From NCBI GenBank assembly GCA_944387535.1, contig CALXFI010000002.1, positions 6,212 to 70,211 of the forward strand: DNA of 64,000 nt. The letters are read 5' to 3'. The stretch is from an uncultured Clostridia bacterium (GTDB taxonomy: Bacteria; Bacillota; Clostridia; TANB77; CAG-508). A program made the position numbers and the translations under genes. The notes under the pieces were generated by a model that worked only from the letters and a program-made list of their open reading frames with translations, was not told the origin of the DNA and ran no database searches. This document shows positions 29,768 through 38,354 of this stretch, piece after piece (the stretch's first letter is position 1; each line of letters starts with the position of its first letter).

Positions 29768-30130
29768 TTATAACCCCACCAAAGGCTGTTCAAAAGGAAA
29801 ATATGCTGTGATTATTTCATAATCCATAATACATCCATGTAAGAGTTTTAAATCTCCCTTAGGAATTCGGAAGATTGGGTCATGCTTTGTTATCCGGTTG
29901 TTACTATCTAGGCTGACATTCCAGCCATTTCCCATTACTACAAGAATTTTTGCCTTTCCCTTCTTCAGTCTTTGAAGAATTAGATTGTTATTTTTGTAGA
30001 TGATATTTTTCATTCTATATCCTCTGCATTGAAAAACGTGCCTCCAAAGGATATAAACCAACATTCCTATTAACAAGCAAGTAGTAAGAATAGTAATAAG
30101 ACCATTTATAGAAATTGTTAATAAACTCAT
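29768..30130 (-). CDS. hypothetical N-terminally anchored protein (120 aa), G+C-richer
   Basis: One N-terminal TM (LLTISINGLITILTTCLLIGMLVYILW). In-frame CGG (29894-29896). 14-nt gap to the downstream ORF. Confidence 0.5.
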   Translation of the reverse strand: MSLLTISINGLITILTTCLLIGMLVYILWRHVFQCRGYRMKNIIYKNNNLILQRLKKGKAKILVVMGNGWNVSLDSNNRITKHDPIFRIPKGDLKLLHGCIMDYEIITAYFPFEQPLVGL

Positions 30131-30261
30131 TTTTCCTCCTAAACAAGCCTACATACCAATAATTTTAACATATTTTGAAAAAATTATCAGTTCATCATAT
30201 TTCTTTTTAAATATTCATATATTTTACTAAATATTTAAATTAAATGAAATGAGGTATCAGT

Positions 30262-30810
30262 ATGTTTGTTTTTAATGTTAAAGTAAATGGCAGTAAACTT
30301 TTTAAAACTTTTTTTATTTGTGTAATAATACTTCTACTTATTATAGTTGGAATTGTAGTATTTAGAGTAATTTTTGGCGCTAAGAATAATCCAAACACCT
30401 CCTCTTGCCTACCTCAAAGCGGTGTAAGTACTATTAGCAGTAATAATTACACTAATGTTTTAAAAGCTGTTCATGATAACATTGATGATTATGTTGGAGT
30501 TAAAATTAATTTTACAGGATATGTATACCGTGTTCTAGACTTAAAAGACAACCAATTTGTTTTAGCAAGAGACATGGTTATTTCTTCTGACTTTCAAAGT
30601 GTAATCGTTGGCTTTCTTTGTGAGTACGATAAAGCAAGTGAATTTCAAGATAATACTTGGGTTGAAATAACTGGTGAAATTACTAAAGGCAACTATCATG
30701 GTGACATGCCAATTGTAAAAGTTACCAAAATGAACGAAGTAACCAAACCAAATGATGAATATGTATATCCTCCAGATGACACTTATATTCCTACATCCGG
30801 TGTAATTTAG
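30262..30810 (+). CDS. TIGR03943/DUF1980-like membrane-anchored protein
   Basis: N-terminal TM. The C-terminal domain (FTGYVYR...FVLARDMVISSDFQ...WVEITGEI...GDMPIVKV) resembles the DUF1980 partner of two-component permeases. No permease gene lies next to it. Confidence 0.45.
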   Translation: MFVFNVKVNGSKLFKTFFICVIILLLIIVGIVVFRVIFGAKNNPNTSSCLPQSGVSTISSNNYTNVLKAVHDNIDDYVGVKINFTGYVYRVLDLKDNQFVLARDMVISSDFQSVIVGFLCEYDKASEFQDNTWVEITGEITKGNYHGDMPIVKVTKMNEVTKPNDEYVYPPDDTYIPTSGVI

Positions 30811-30903
30811 GGTACACTTTAGATGTATTTACATTTTTTAGGATGTGTGTTATAATATTACTTGTGAAAAAAATATAATTGAAATGAAAGGTGAGAAATA
30901 CGA

Positions 30904-32382
30904 ATGAATGATTTTAAAGAAAGAATCGTAAGCGAAGCTAAAAGACCTTCTAAAGAAGAAATAGAAAAATCAAAACAAATATATATAGAATCTGAAACTA
31001 CAAGATATCGCAAGCTTTATGATAATCCAGAATACCGCGAATATTTAGAATATATTTTAGGTTCTCTTATGCTTATTCAGATGAGAAAATTTCCTCGATT
31101 TCTTACATATATAGATGCAAGGTTTAAATCTCCTGAAAGTATTAGGAAAAAGATATCTAATCGTCTTAATGAAGAAGGCTACGGTTTTTCTTTAGATGAA
31201 AGTGGAAATATAAAATTTGATTCTAGACCTTTATTAGATGCTTTTGCTATGAAAGTAACGTCTGAAAGAATGCCTGAATTACTTTATTCTCCAGACCCAT
31301 ATATTAATGATTTAATACAAGAAAAAGAAAAAAACCGTGACTTTTTAAGAAATATGCAATTTTTTAGAGGTAAACTAAATTGTGATGCTTTTTCTTATAG
31401 AGATACTTTAAAATTAAGAAAACCAGAATATAATCCTGAAACTCGTGAATATGAAGATTTTACAGTCACAAGGATTGAATATTATCAAAAATGTCAAGAG
31501 CTATTAGAAAAACTCAAAACTTTAGTTAGTCCTACTGAGGAAAGTGTCCTAAAAAGATATGACGAACAATTAAATTATGTGAAAGGTAGATTAAAAGATT
31601 TAAGAGCTCTTAATGAACCTGATCCAGAAAAAGCTAAAATTAGAAATGTAGATTTAGAAAATAGCGAGATTAATTTTATTACATTATTAAATGAATTTGA
31701 AGAACGTTATAATGCTAAGGTAGAATTATATAATTCTACAATGCAGTTTTTATCTCTATTTAGAGATGATGATATTTTTGATAAGCTTGGCGTATCTGTT
31801 GATATGTCTACACTTGAAGAAAAGAGAGCAACCTCAGGATATGAATCTAATTTTATTATACTAAATACTTTAGTTGGTCCAATAGAAGTTCAAATTCAGA
31901 CTCTTGACCAACATGAATATGGTTCTTTTGGCCCTGCAGCACATTCTAAGAGAGCCAATAAAGAAAGAGATCTTCCTATTTTGCCAGCTGAAGGATTAAA
32001 AGAAGAAATAGAAAGTTTAGCTCAAAAACTTGCACAAAGAGTACCTATTTATTATCATATAACAAGAGACACGAAGGAGCCAGAAAGAGTTATAGCACAA
32101 AGATTTGATGATTATCAAAACTCTAAAGCTTACTATTCACAAATAGACCAACAAGATTTAGCCAAAATAATGGATAATCATGAATATTTTGAACGTTTTA
32201 TGAACTTAACTCAAACAGAAGCTTTTCAAAAAGCAATGGTAAATAAAGGTGCAACACTTGGTTTTACTCCAATAGATATTGAAAAATATGCAGATAGTGA
32301 TAAATTAAAAAAATTAAAGGAAGAAGCAGAAGCTAAAAAAGATAAAAGTAAAAAACATGAAGATAATGAACTAGAAAAATAG
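30904..32382 (+). CDS. divergent RelA/SpoT-domain (alarmone-synthetase fold) protein with a large insertion
   Basis: ARFKSPESIRKK (R.K..S...K), LDAFAMKV, then about 190 aa later SGYESNFI and PIEVQIQTLDQHEYG (E.Q..T). Confidence 0.6.
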   Translation: MNDFKERIVSEAKRPSKEEIEKSKQIYIESETTRYRKLYDNPEYREYLEYILGSLMLIQMRKFPRFLTYIDARFKSPESIRKKISNRLNEEGYGFSLDESGNIKFDSRPLLDAFAMKVTSERMPELLYSPDPYINDLIQEKEKNRDFLRNMQFFRGKLNCDAFSYRDTLKLRKPEYNPETREYEDFTVTRIEYYQKCQELLEKLKTLVSPTEESVLKRYDEQLNYVKGRLKDLRALNEPDPEKAKIRNVDLENSEINFITLLNEFEERYNAKVELYNSTMQFLSLFRDDDIFDKLGVSVDMSTLEEKRATSGYESNFIILNTLVGPIEVQIQTLDQHEYGSFGPAAHSKRANKERDLPILPAEGLKEEIESLAQKLAQRVPIYYHITRDTKEPERVIAQRFDDYQNSKAYYSQIDQQDLAKIMDNHEYFERFMNLTQTEAFQKAMVNKGATLGFTPIDIEKYADSDKLKKLKEEAEAKKDKSKKHEDNELEK

Positions 32383-32384
32383 TT

Positions 32385-32411
32385 AAGAACTAAGAATTAA
32401 TCTTAGTTCTT
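32385..32411. terminator. bidirectional terminator
   Basis: Perfect 11-bp stem AAGAACTAAGA / TCTTAGTTCTT with a 5-nt loop. Confidence 0.75.
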
Positions 32412-33509
32412 TTATTTTCTATCAAAAATAGTTTTAAATACTCCCCTATCTATTAAATTTGCAAAAATATTTTTAACAATTATTAGTACTATCGGTCCTA
32501 TAAGTAAACCAATTACTCCAATTAACTTAAATCCTGTATACATTGCAATTAAAGTAAATATTGGGTGTACTCCTATGTTTTTACTAACTAATTTTGGTTC
32601 TAAAATTTGTCTTACAACACTCATAATAATTAGTAAAACAATTATTGCAATTCCTAATTTTATATCGCCATTAATTGCTTCAATAATTGCCCAAGGTATC
32701 ATAAAACTTCCAGAACCAAGTATTGGAAGGCTATCCACAAAACCAATTGCTAGTGCCATTAGTAATGGATATTTAATATTAAATCCCATAAATTGCAATA
32801 TATACAAACCAACTAGTGAGATTACAAAAGAAACTAGAACTAAACTTAATTCTGCTTTTAAATATCCTCCAAGTGTTCCAATTAATTCTTTAGCGTGTAT
32901 CCATATTTTCTTTACCCATATTTTAGGTAAATGATGTTCTATTTGGTCTATTATATAAATTTTATCAACACATATAAAATATAAAGCAATTACAGTAATA
33001 CCAATACATATTGCAATCGAAGGAAGACTTGTAACTAAGTTTATTAAACCTGTTAGTCCATTTTTTAACCAATTCGAAACAGTTTCTAAAACGTTTCCTG
33101 TAGAATTTTGTACTACTTGTAGTAATTCATCTGATAAATGTATTTTATCAAAATTGAAACTGGATATAAATCCTTGAAACTGTATGTATGCTTTATCGAA
33201 ATAATCATTTATTCCCTGTAATAAACTAGATGCTTCAGAAAAAATTGTAATAATAAGCCAAGTAAGAGTTCCAAGTATTAATAAAGATACTAATACAAAT
33301 ATTATAATTGAGCTTACTCTTCGTGTAAGTCCTGTTTTTTTCATAATAAATTTTATTGCTGGCTCTATTATTAAAGAAATAATAAAGGCAACTAAAAATG
33401 GCATATAAAAAATGGATAGTTTTAATCCTATATATAAGCCAAGCAAAATAAATACAACATATAAAATTCTTCTTAGCACTTTGCTCCAGTATGAAATATC
33501 CCAGACCAT
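32412..33509 (-). CDS. ytvI: AI-2E family transporter (YtvI-like sporulation membrane protein)
   Basis: 365 aa, 7-8 TM, PerM/AI-2E-like C-terminal half. Confidence 0.7.
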   Translation of the reverse strand: MVWDISYWSKVLRRILYVVFILLGLYIGLKLSIFYMPFLVAFIISLIIEPAIKFIMKKTGLTRRVSSIIIFVLVSLLILGTLTWLIITIFSEASSLLQGINDYFDKAYIQFQGFISSFNFDKIHLSDELLQVVQNSTGNVLETVSNWLKNGLTGLINLVTSLPSIAICIGITVIALYFICVDKIYIIDQIEHHLPKIWVKKIWIHAKELIGTLGGYLKAELSLVLVSFVISLVGLYILQFMGFNIKYPLLMALAIGFVDSLPILGSGSFMIPWAIIEAINGDIKLGIAIIVLLIIMSVVRQILEPKLVSKNIGVHPIFTLIAMYTGFKLIGVIGLLIGPIVLIIVKNIFANLIDRGVFKTIFDRK

Positions 33510-33538
33510 CTTTTCCTCCTATTCTTATTATATGCAAA

Positions 33539-33560
33539 AGGGCGGCATAATATCCGCCCT
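33539..33560 (-). terminator. intrinsic terminator after the CBS gene
   Basis: AGGGCGG / CCGCCCT stem with CTTTTGC on the minus strand. Confidence 0.65.
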
Positions 33561-33565
33561 TGAAA

Positions 33566-34012
33566 TTACATATTGTTTTGATTTCCCTCACAATCACAAA
33601 TATTTTCTAAAGTATCACATACTTGTCCTTTCCCAATTTCATTATCCTTATTAGCTAGGTCACCTAAAGTTAACATTCCAACTACTCTGTTATTATCATC
33701 ACATACTGGAAGTCTTCTTACTTGTTTTTGCCCCATCTTACTTTCTGCATTTGTTATATCATCTGTTTTTTTACAAGTAGTTACATTACAAGTCATTATA
33801 TCACTTACAGGTGTCACTTTTGCATCTTTATCACAAGCAATACACCTTAATACTATATCTCTATCTGTCACTATACCACATATAGAATTATTGTTATCAC
33901 ATACAGGTAAGCATCCTATATGATTTTGAGACATTAATTTTGCCGCTTCTTGTAATTTAGTTTCTGGTTTTATACAGCAAATATCTTGACACATACAATC
34001 TTGAACTTTCAT
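33566..34012 (-). CDS. CBS-pair domain protein, Cys-rich termini
   Basis: Two CBS repeats (IGCLPVCD...GIVTDRDI; RRLPVCD...GMLTLGDL). Confidence 0.8.
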   Translation of the reverse strand: MKVQDCMCQDICCIKPETKLQEAAKLMSQNHIGCLPVCDNNNSICGIVTDRDIVLRCIACDKDAKVTPVSDIMTCNVTTCKKTDDITNAESKMGQKQVRRLPVCDDNNRVVGMLTLGDLANKDNEIGKGQVCDTLENICDCEGNQNNM

Positions 34013-34118
34013 TTTTATTTACCACCTTTCAAAATTTCTTAATATTATTTTTTACAAAAAATAAAATAATATTCTAAAAATAAATGGTTAAAAATAAAAG
34101 TAGGAAAACAAAAAAATA

Positions 34119-34142
34119 GAAAATACTTTTGGAAGTATTTTC
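34119..34142 (-). terminator. intrinsic terminator
   Basis: Perfect 10-bp stem GAAAATACTT / AAGTATTTTC with a 4-nt loop and a T run on the minus strand. Confidence 0.75.
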
Positions 34143-34154
34143 CATTTTTTAAAC

Positions 34155-35363
34155 TTATCTAGTTTGTCCATCTTTTTCTCTTAATTTATTATATATTCCG
34201 GAATAAACATCATCATATGAAAAATGCTCGTCTTTTCCTTTCCCTTCAAATAAAGGCTCATGGTCAAATAGATTTCTTATATTTAAAGCATCTATTCTTT
34301 GTCTTGCTGTTCCTCCACCATAAGGAATTTCTTCATCATCTTTTGCAATTACTTCATATGGCACTAATGTTTTACCTAAACTTGCCATTGCAAAATTTCT
34401 ATGGTGTCCTTCAATTATTCCTTTATATCCACTTGCTTCTACTACTTCAATAGGTTTATCTGGCATATATCCTTCTTTATTTATTATATCTATCATTTCA
34501 TCAAGTGAATAAATAGCTCTTCCTGCTGTTTCTCTTATTCCTTGTAAAGGAAGTAAAGTTTTTGGACTTGTCCATGTTTTTGCAAATGGTTTTCTATCCA
34601 TATAACAATCTAAACAATTAAGTATTGCATTTGATATATCATCAATATTTGCATATGAAGTATCAATAATTAAATCATAATTATCAGGATCTTCTAAGTC
34701 TACTCCGTATCTTTCTTTATATCTTTTTTGTTCTCCTAGTCTTCTTTTTTCTCTTGCTTTTTTAGCTTCTTCTAGTGAACTATAAGAACTATCTTCTGCT
34801 CCTCTTGACTTATCATTAAATAATCTTCTAGCAGCAACTTCTGGAGTAGCTGTTAATCTTATTGAAAATGCATCAGGTATATTATGAAAAGCAAGTCTTG
34901 AGTCCACAATCCAAACTTCATCTGGTCTTTCCTTAGAATTTATTTCCTCACCTTTTCTTTTTACACTGTCATCTATTAATCCATCTACTACAGATCTTAT
35001 TTCTTTTAATTCATCTAAATTATTTGCTTGTTCTATTGAAAAATTTGATAAATCAACTCCATTAATTCTTAATTTAGATATAGTATTTATCAAAAATAAT
35101 CTTCTTTCCATATTTGACATTAAATCTTTCATTTCTGGCTTCTCAGATATTTTTTGAAGTTCTTCAGGATTATCTAGACTACGGATAAAATCTATTAAAG
35201 TATTGAAATAATGTCTAAATTCATTACCCGTTGAAATAATATGAATACTATCACTTTCATACCCTTGATTTTCTAGCTTTTCTATTAAAGCTTTAGTTGT
35301 TGTACCTTTTCCTGTAACTGGTTGTCCTGATAATGCAATAATTTTATTTCTTATATCACTCAT
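34155..35363 (-). CDS. cytidylate-kinase-like P-loop domain fused to a ParB/sulfiredoxin-like domain
   Basis: N-terminal half: IIALSGQPVTGKGTT P-loop, WIVDSRLAFHNIPDAFSIRLTATPEVAARR (Cmk-like). C-terminal part: TLLPLQ...IEVVEASGYKGIIEGHHRNFA (ParB N-domain DGHHR-type box). Confidence 0.65.
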   Translation of the reverse strand: MSDIRNKIIALSGQPVTGKGTTTKALIEKLENQGYESDSIHIISTGNEFRHYFNTLIDFIRSLDNPEELQKISEKPEMKDLMSNMERRLFLINTISKLRINGVDLSNFSIEQANNLDELKEIRSVVDGLIDDSVKRKGEEINSKERPDEVWIVDSRLAFHNIPDAFSIRLTATPEVAARRLFNDKSRGAEDSSYSSLEEAKKAREKRRLGEQKRYKERYGVDLEDPDNYDLIIDTSYANIDDISNAILNCLDCYMDRKPFAKTWTSPKTLLPLQGIRETAGRAIYSLDEMIDIINKEGYMPDKPIEVVEASGYKGIIEGHHRNFAMASLGKTLVPYEVIAKDDEEIPYGGGTARQRIDALNIRNLFDHEPLFEGKGKDEHFSYDDVYSGIYNKLREKDGQTR

Positions 35364-35428
35364 TACTCAAAACACCTCCAAAATAGTTCCTACATTATTA
35401 TTTTACCATTTTATGTAAATTTTGTCAA

Positions 35429-35935
35429 TTATATTTTACCTTTATAATAATTCCATTTAGGCAAATTTTTGTTTACTTCCGCTTCTATTCTTTCTATATC
35501 CATACTTGATATATCATCAATGATTTTACAGCCTAATTCCAAAGTTAAAGTTTTAGGTTCTCCATCTTTAAAAAACACTTTATCTTTGACACTATCTAAT
35601 AAGATAATATTATATTTATTTATAATTTCTTTATTTGTTAAGTCATAATCATTATATAGCCCATCTTTTCCTATTTTAGTTACATAGTAATTATAAAATA
35701 AATAATCTGTTATTAAATGCAAGAAAAAACCTTTATTATAGTCAGTATCTATTTTATTATTATCTAAAAACTTTTTTAAGTTCGTATATCTTGGAGATTT
35801 TCCATAATGAGTTTTAGATTTATCACTTGTAAAATCTGGAGCAACAATTCCTTTTATAAATTCTTTAGAATAATTTAAATTATGTTTTCTTAAATATTCT
35901 TGTCCTATTGCAATATGAATTACAAAACCTGGCAT
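35429..35935 (-). CDS. hypothetical protein (168 aa)
   Basis: Clean ORF. The N-terminal PGFVIHIAIG is faintly reminiscent of zinc-dependent phospholipase-C-like hydrolases. This is not a secure call. Confidence 0.45.
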   Translation of the reverse strand: MPGFVIHIAIGQEYLRKHNLNYSKEFIKGIVAPDFTSDKSKTHYGKSPRYTNLKKFLDNNKIDTDYNKGFFLHLITDYLFYNYYVTKIGKDGLYNDYDLTNKEIINKYNIILLDSVKDKVFFKDGEPKTLTLELGCKIIDDISSMDIERIEAEVNKNLPKWNYYKGKI

Positions 35936-36026
35936 ATCTTTCCTCCTATTTTTGTTATCATTTTTATTTTAGCATATTAGAAAAGAAAATGGTATACTAA
36001 AGCATTTTTTAGTATACCCATATAAA

Positions 36027-36602
36027 CTATCTTTCATAAATATCCATGTAATCATATCTTGGCATAGGTGGTCTACCTGGTCCTCCTGGGAAAGGTGGCC
36101 TTGGCGGACGATGATTTGGTCTTCTATTTCTTAATAATTCTCTAATTAATAATATTTTAATTAAATCTCTTAAACTAGTATTTCGTATTCTATCTTCCCT
36201 ATTTTCTTTTTTACTTTCATTTTTTACAGTTTCACTATTATTTTGTACCTTAGTATTTCTATTATTACTTATATCATTTTGAAGATTTATATTAACATTT
36301 ACTTCGTTTGTTACCTCTACTGATGAATAAATTTCATCTGTCATATCTTCGATTAATTCTTCTGTTATATTTCCTGTAACTCCACTACATCTTTTTTGTA
36401 TCATAGGATATATAATTCTATATATTTCTGGATAATATTGTTCTAAATCTTGATTAGAATCATTCATATTATTATTTGCACTATAATTTGCATAACTATT
36501 GTAACTAACATAATTATTATTTTCTTGCCCATACATATTATTAGTGTTTGGATAACCTAAAATAGACCTTATGTAATCATCATAAGATTCATTATTATAC
36601 AT
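36027..36602 (-). CDS. hypothetical protein, Asn/Tyr-rich N-terminus and Pro/Arg-rich C-terminus
   Basis: YYPEIYRIIYPMIQKRC core and RRPNHRPPRPPFPGGPGRPPMPRYD tail. Possibly spore-coat related; that is a guess. Confidence 0.45.
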   Translation of the reverse strand: MYNNESYDDYIRSILGYPNTNNMYGQENNNYVSYNSYANYSANNNMNDSNQDLEQYYPEIYRIIYPMIQKRCSGVTGNITEELIEDMTDEIYSSVEVTNEVNVNINLQNDISNNRNTKVQNNSETVKNESKKENREDRIRNTSLRDLIKILLIRELLRNRRPNHRPPRPPFPGGPGRPPMPRYDYMDIYER

Positions 36603-36653
36603 AAAAAAACCTCCTTATCTTTTCTATATAATATGGAGGTTTTTCTTTTTTTG

Positions 36654-38054
36654 TTATAATTTATTTACTAAATTTTTAAATATATTTCCTCTTTCTGCAA
36701 AATTTTTAAACATATCAAAACTTGCACTAGCAGGAGAAAATAATACAACTTCTCTTGGCTTTGCATATTTTTTAGCTAAGTTTACGGCTTCTTCTAAGTT
36801 GTCTGCCATATATATGTCAATACTCTTTTTTTCTTTTTCCTCTTCTTCTTTTACCGCATTAAATATTTTTCCTGATGTAGCTCCTAAAAGTATTAATGTT
36901 TTTACTTTTTTAAGTATTGGTTTTGCAATTGGTGTATAATCTAAATTTTTATCATATCCTCCTGCAATTAATACAATATCTTCATCAAATGAATTTAATC
37001 CTGCAATTGTTCTTGTAGGTGATGAACTTACTGAGTCATTATACCATTTAACATTATCTATTTCTCTTACAAATTCTAATCTGTGTTCTACAGCTTTAAA
37101 TTCTTTTACAGCTTCTATGCTAATTTCTTGGTCTACTAATGTTTTTGTTGCAGCCAAGGCTGTCGCAATATTTTCATAATTATGATTTCCTCTTAAAAGA
37201 ACTTCTTTTGTGTCTAATATATGTTTTCTTATTCCGTCTTCACATTCCTTTATAATTCCATTATCTACAATAAATCCATTATCTAACTTTTCTTTACTAC
37301 TAAAATATGTTACTTTTGATTTTGCTTCCTTACCGCAATTTCTTGTTATTTCATTATCATAATTTAGTACTAAATAATCATTTTCATTTTGATATTTAAA
37401 AATAGTTTTTTTAGCATCAATATATTCTTGATAGTCTTTATGAATATTTAAATGATTTGGAGTTATATTAGTAATAACGCTAATTTTAGGACTAATTTCC
37501 ATACCCATTAATTGGAAACTGCTTAGTTCTAAAACAAGCATATCTTCTGGTTTCATTTCTTCAAGTTTGGTAAATAAAGGTATTCCTATATTTCCTCCTA
37601 AATATGTATTATACCCTGCTTTTTTTAATATACTATATATTAAGCTTGTTGTTGTTGTTTTTCCATCACTTCCAGTTACTCCTATAACTTTACATGGAGC
37701 TATTTTCATTAGCATTTCTATTTCAGATGTTATAATTGCTCCTCTTGTTTTTTCCTCTACTAATTCTTTTCTTGTTGGCAAACAACTAGGAGAACGAAAT
37801 ATAATATCAAATCCTTTTAAATTTTCAAAACATTTTTTTCCAAAAAAGGCATTTGCTTCATATTTTTCCAATCTTTCTAATAATTTTCTTGGTACTTCTT
37901 CCTTTTCTTTTTCATCAAATACTGTAACTTTAGCTTTTTTCTCATACATATATTTTAGAAGTGGCAAATTACTTACTCCTAAACCTATTATTGCTACTTT
38001 TCTTCCTTTTAAATAATTATTAAATTCTATTAATTTTTCATTTTTGTATTCCAT
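36654..38054 (-). CDS. murD: UDP-N-acetylmuramoylalanine--D-glutamate ligase
   Basis: GVTGSDGKTTTT P-loop and Mur ligase layout. 466 aa. Confidence 0.9.
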   Translation of the reverse strand: MEYKNEKLIEFNNYLKGRKVAIIGLGVSNLPLLKYMYEKKAKVTVFDEKEKEEVPRKLLERLEKYEANAFFGKKCFENLKGFDIIFRSPSCLPTRKELVEEKTRGAIITSEIEMLMKIAPCKVIGVTGSDGKTTTTSLIYSILKKAGYNTYLGGNIGIPLFTKLEEMKPEDMLVLELSSFQLMGMEISPKISVITNITPNHLNIHKDYQEYIDAKKTIFKYQNENDYLVLNYDNEITRNCGKEAKSKVTYFSSKEKLDNGFIVDNGIIKECEDGIRKHILDTKEVLLRGNHNYENIATALAATKTLVDQEISIEAVKEFKAVEHRLEFVREIDNVKWYNDSVSSSPTRTIAGLNSFDEDIVLIAGGYDKNLDYTPIAKPILKKVKTLILLGATSGKIFNAVKEEEEKEKKSIDIYMADNLEEAVNLAKKYAKPREVVLFSPASASFDMFKNFAERGNIFKNLVNKL

Positions 38055-38201
38055 TTTAATCCCCCAAAAATTTATGCTATTTAATTTTTATTTGTTTCTA
38101 AGGTATTATATAACAATTTATTTAAAAAAACAATTTGTACCAGAATATTTTTTCTTTTTTTAGTTAACAATATTATTAAGATTTGATTGGAGGTGCTTTT
38201 C

Positions 38202-38300
38202 ATGTCAAAGAAAAATAAAGAAAACAAAAATAATAACAGAAATAATCAAAACAATCAAAATAACAACAACAATGAAAGACAAAACAATAACAATAGATAA
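38202..38300 (+). CDS. candidate 32-aa Asn/Lys-rich micro-ORF (MSKKNKENKNNNRNNQNNQNNNNNERQNNNNR)
   Basis: GGAGGTG RBS 7 nt before the ATG. Followed directly by a strong hairpin terminator. Confidence 0.35.
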   Translation: MSKKNKENKNNNRNNQNNQNNNNNERQNNNNR

Positions 38301-38312
38301 TTAAGCTTTAAA

Positions 38313-38346
38313 AAACTGCTAAGAAGTACTTACTTTTTAGCAGTTT
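38313..38346. terminator. bidirectional terminator
   Basis: ACTGCTAAGAAGTA / TACTTTTTAGCAGT (13/14 bp) between convergent units. Confidence 0.7.
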
Positions 38347-38354
38347 AATATTTT

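Noticed and set aside
33235-33654. ORFs 33235..33597 (-) and 33412..33654 (+) spanning the ytvI 5' end and the CBS-gene terminator.
   Set aside because: They run across a terminator hairpin and overlap better-supported genes. They have no RBS.
37567-38016. 149-aa + strand ORF within murD. Similar Leu/Phe-rich ORFs lie within guaB, hydA, uvrB, nrdD and the esterase gene (38705.., 39041.., 43243.., 53098.., 53647.., 58007.., 59536..).
   Set aside because: These are antisense to genes with unmistakable catalytic motifs. Their translations are Leu/Phe/Ile-rich nonsense.
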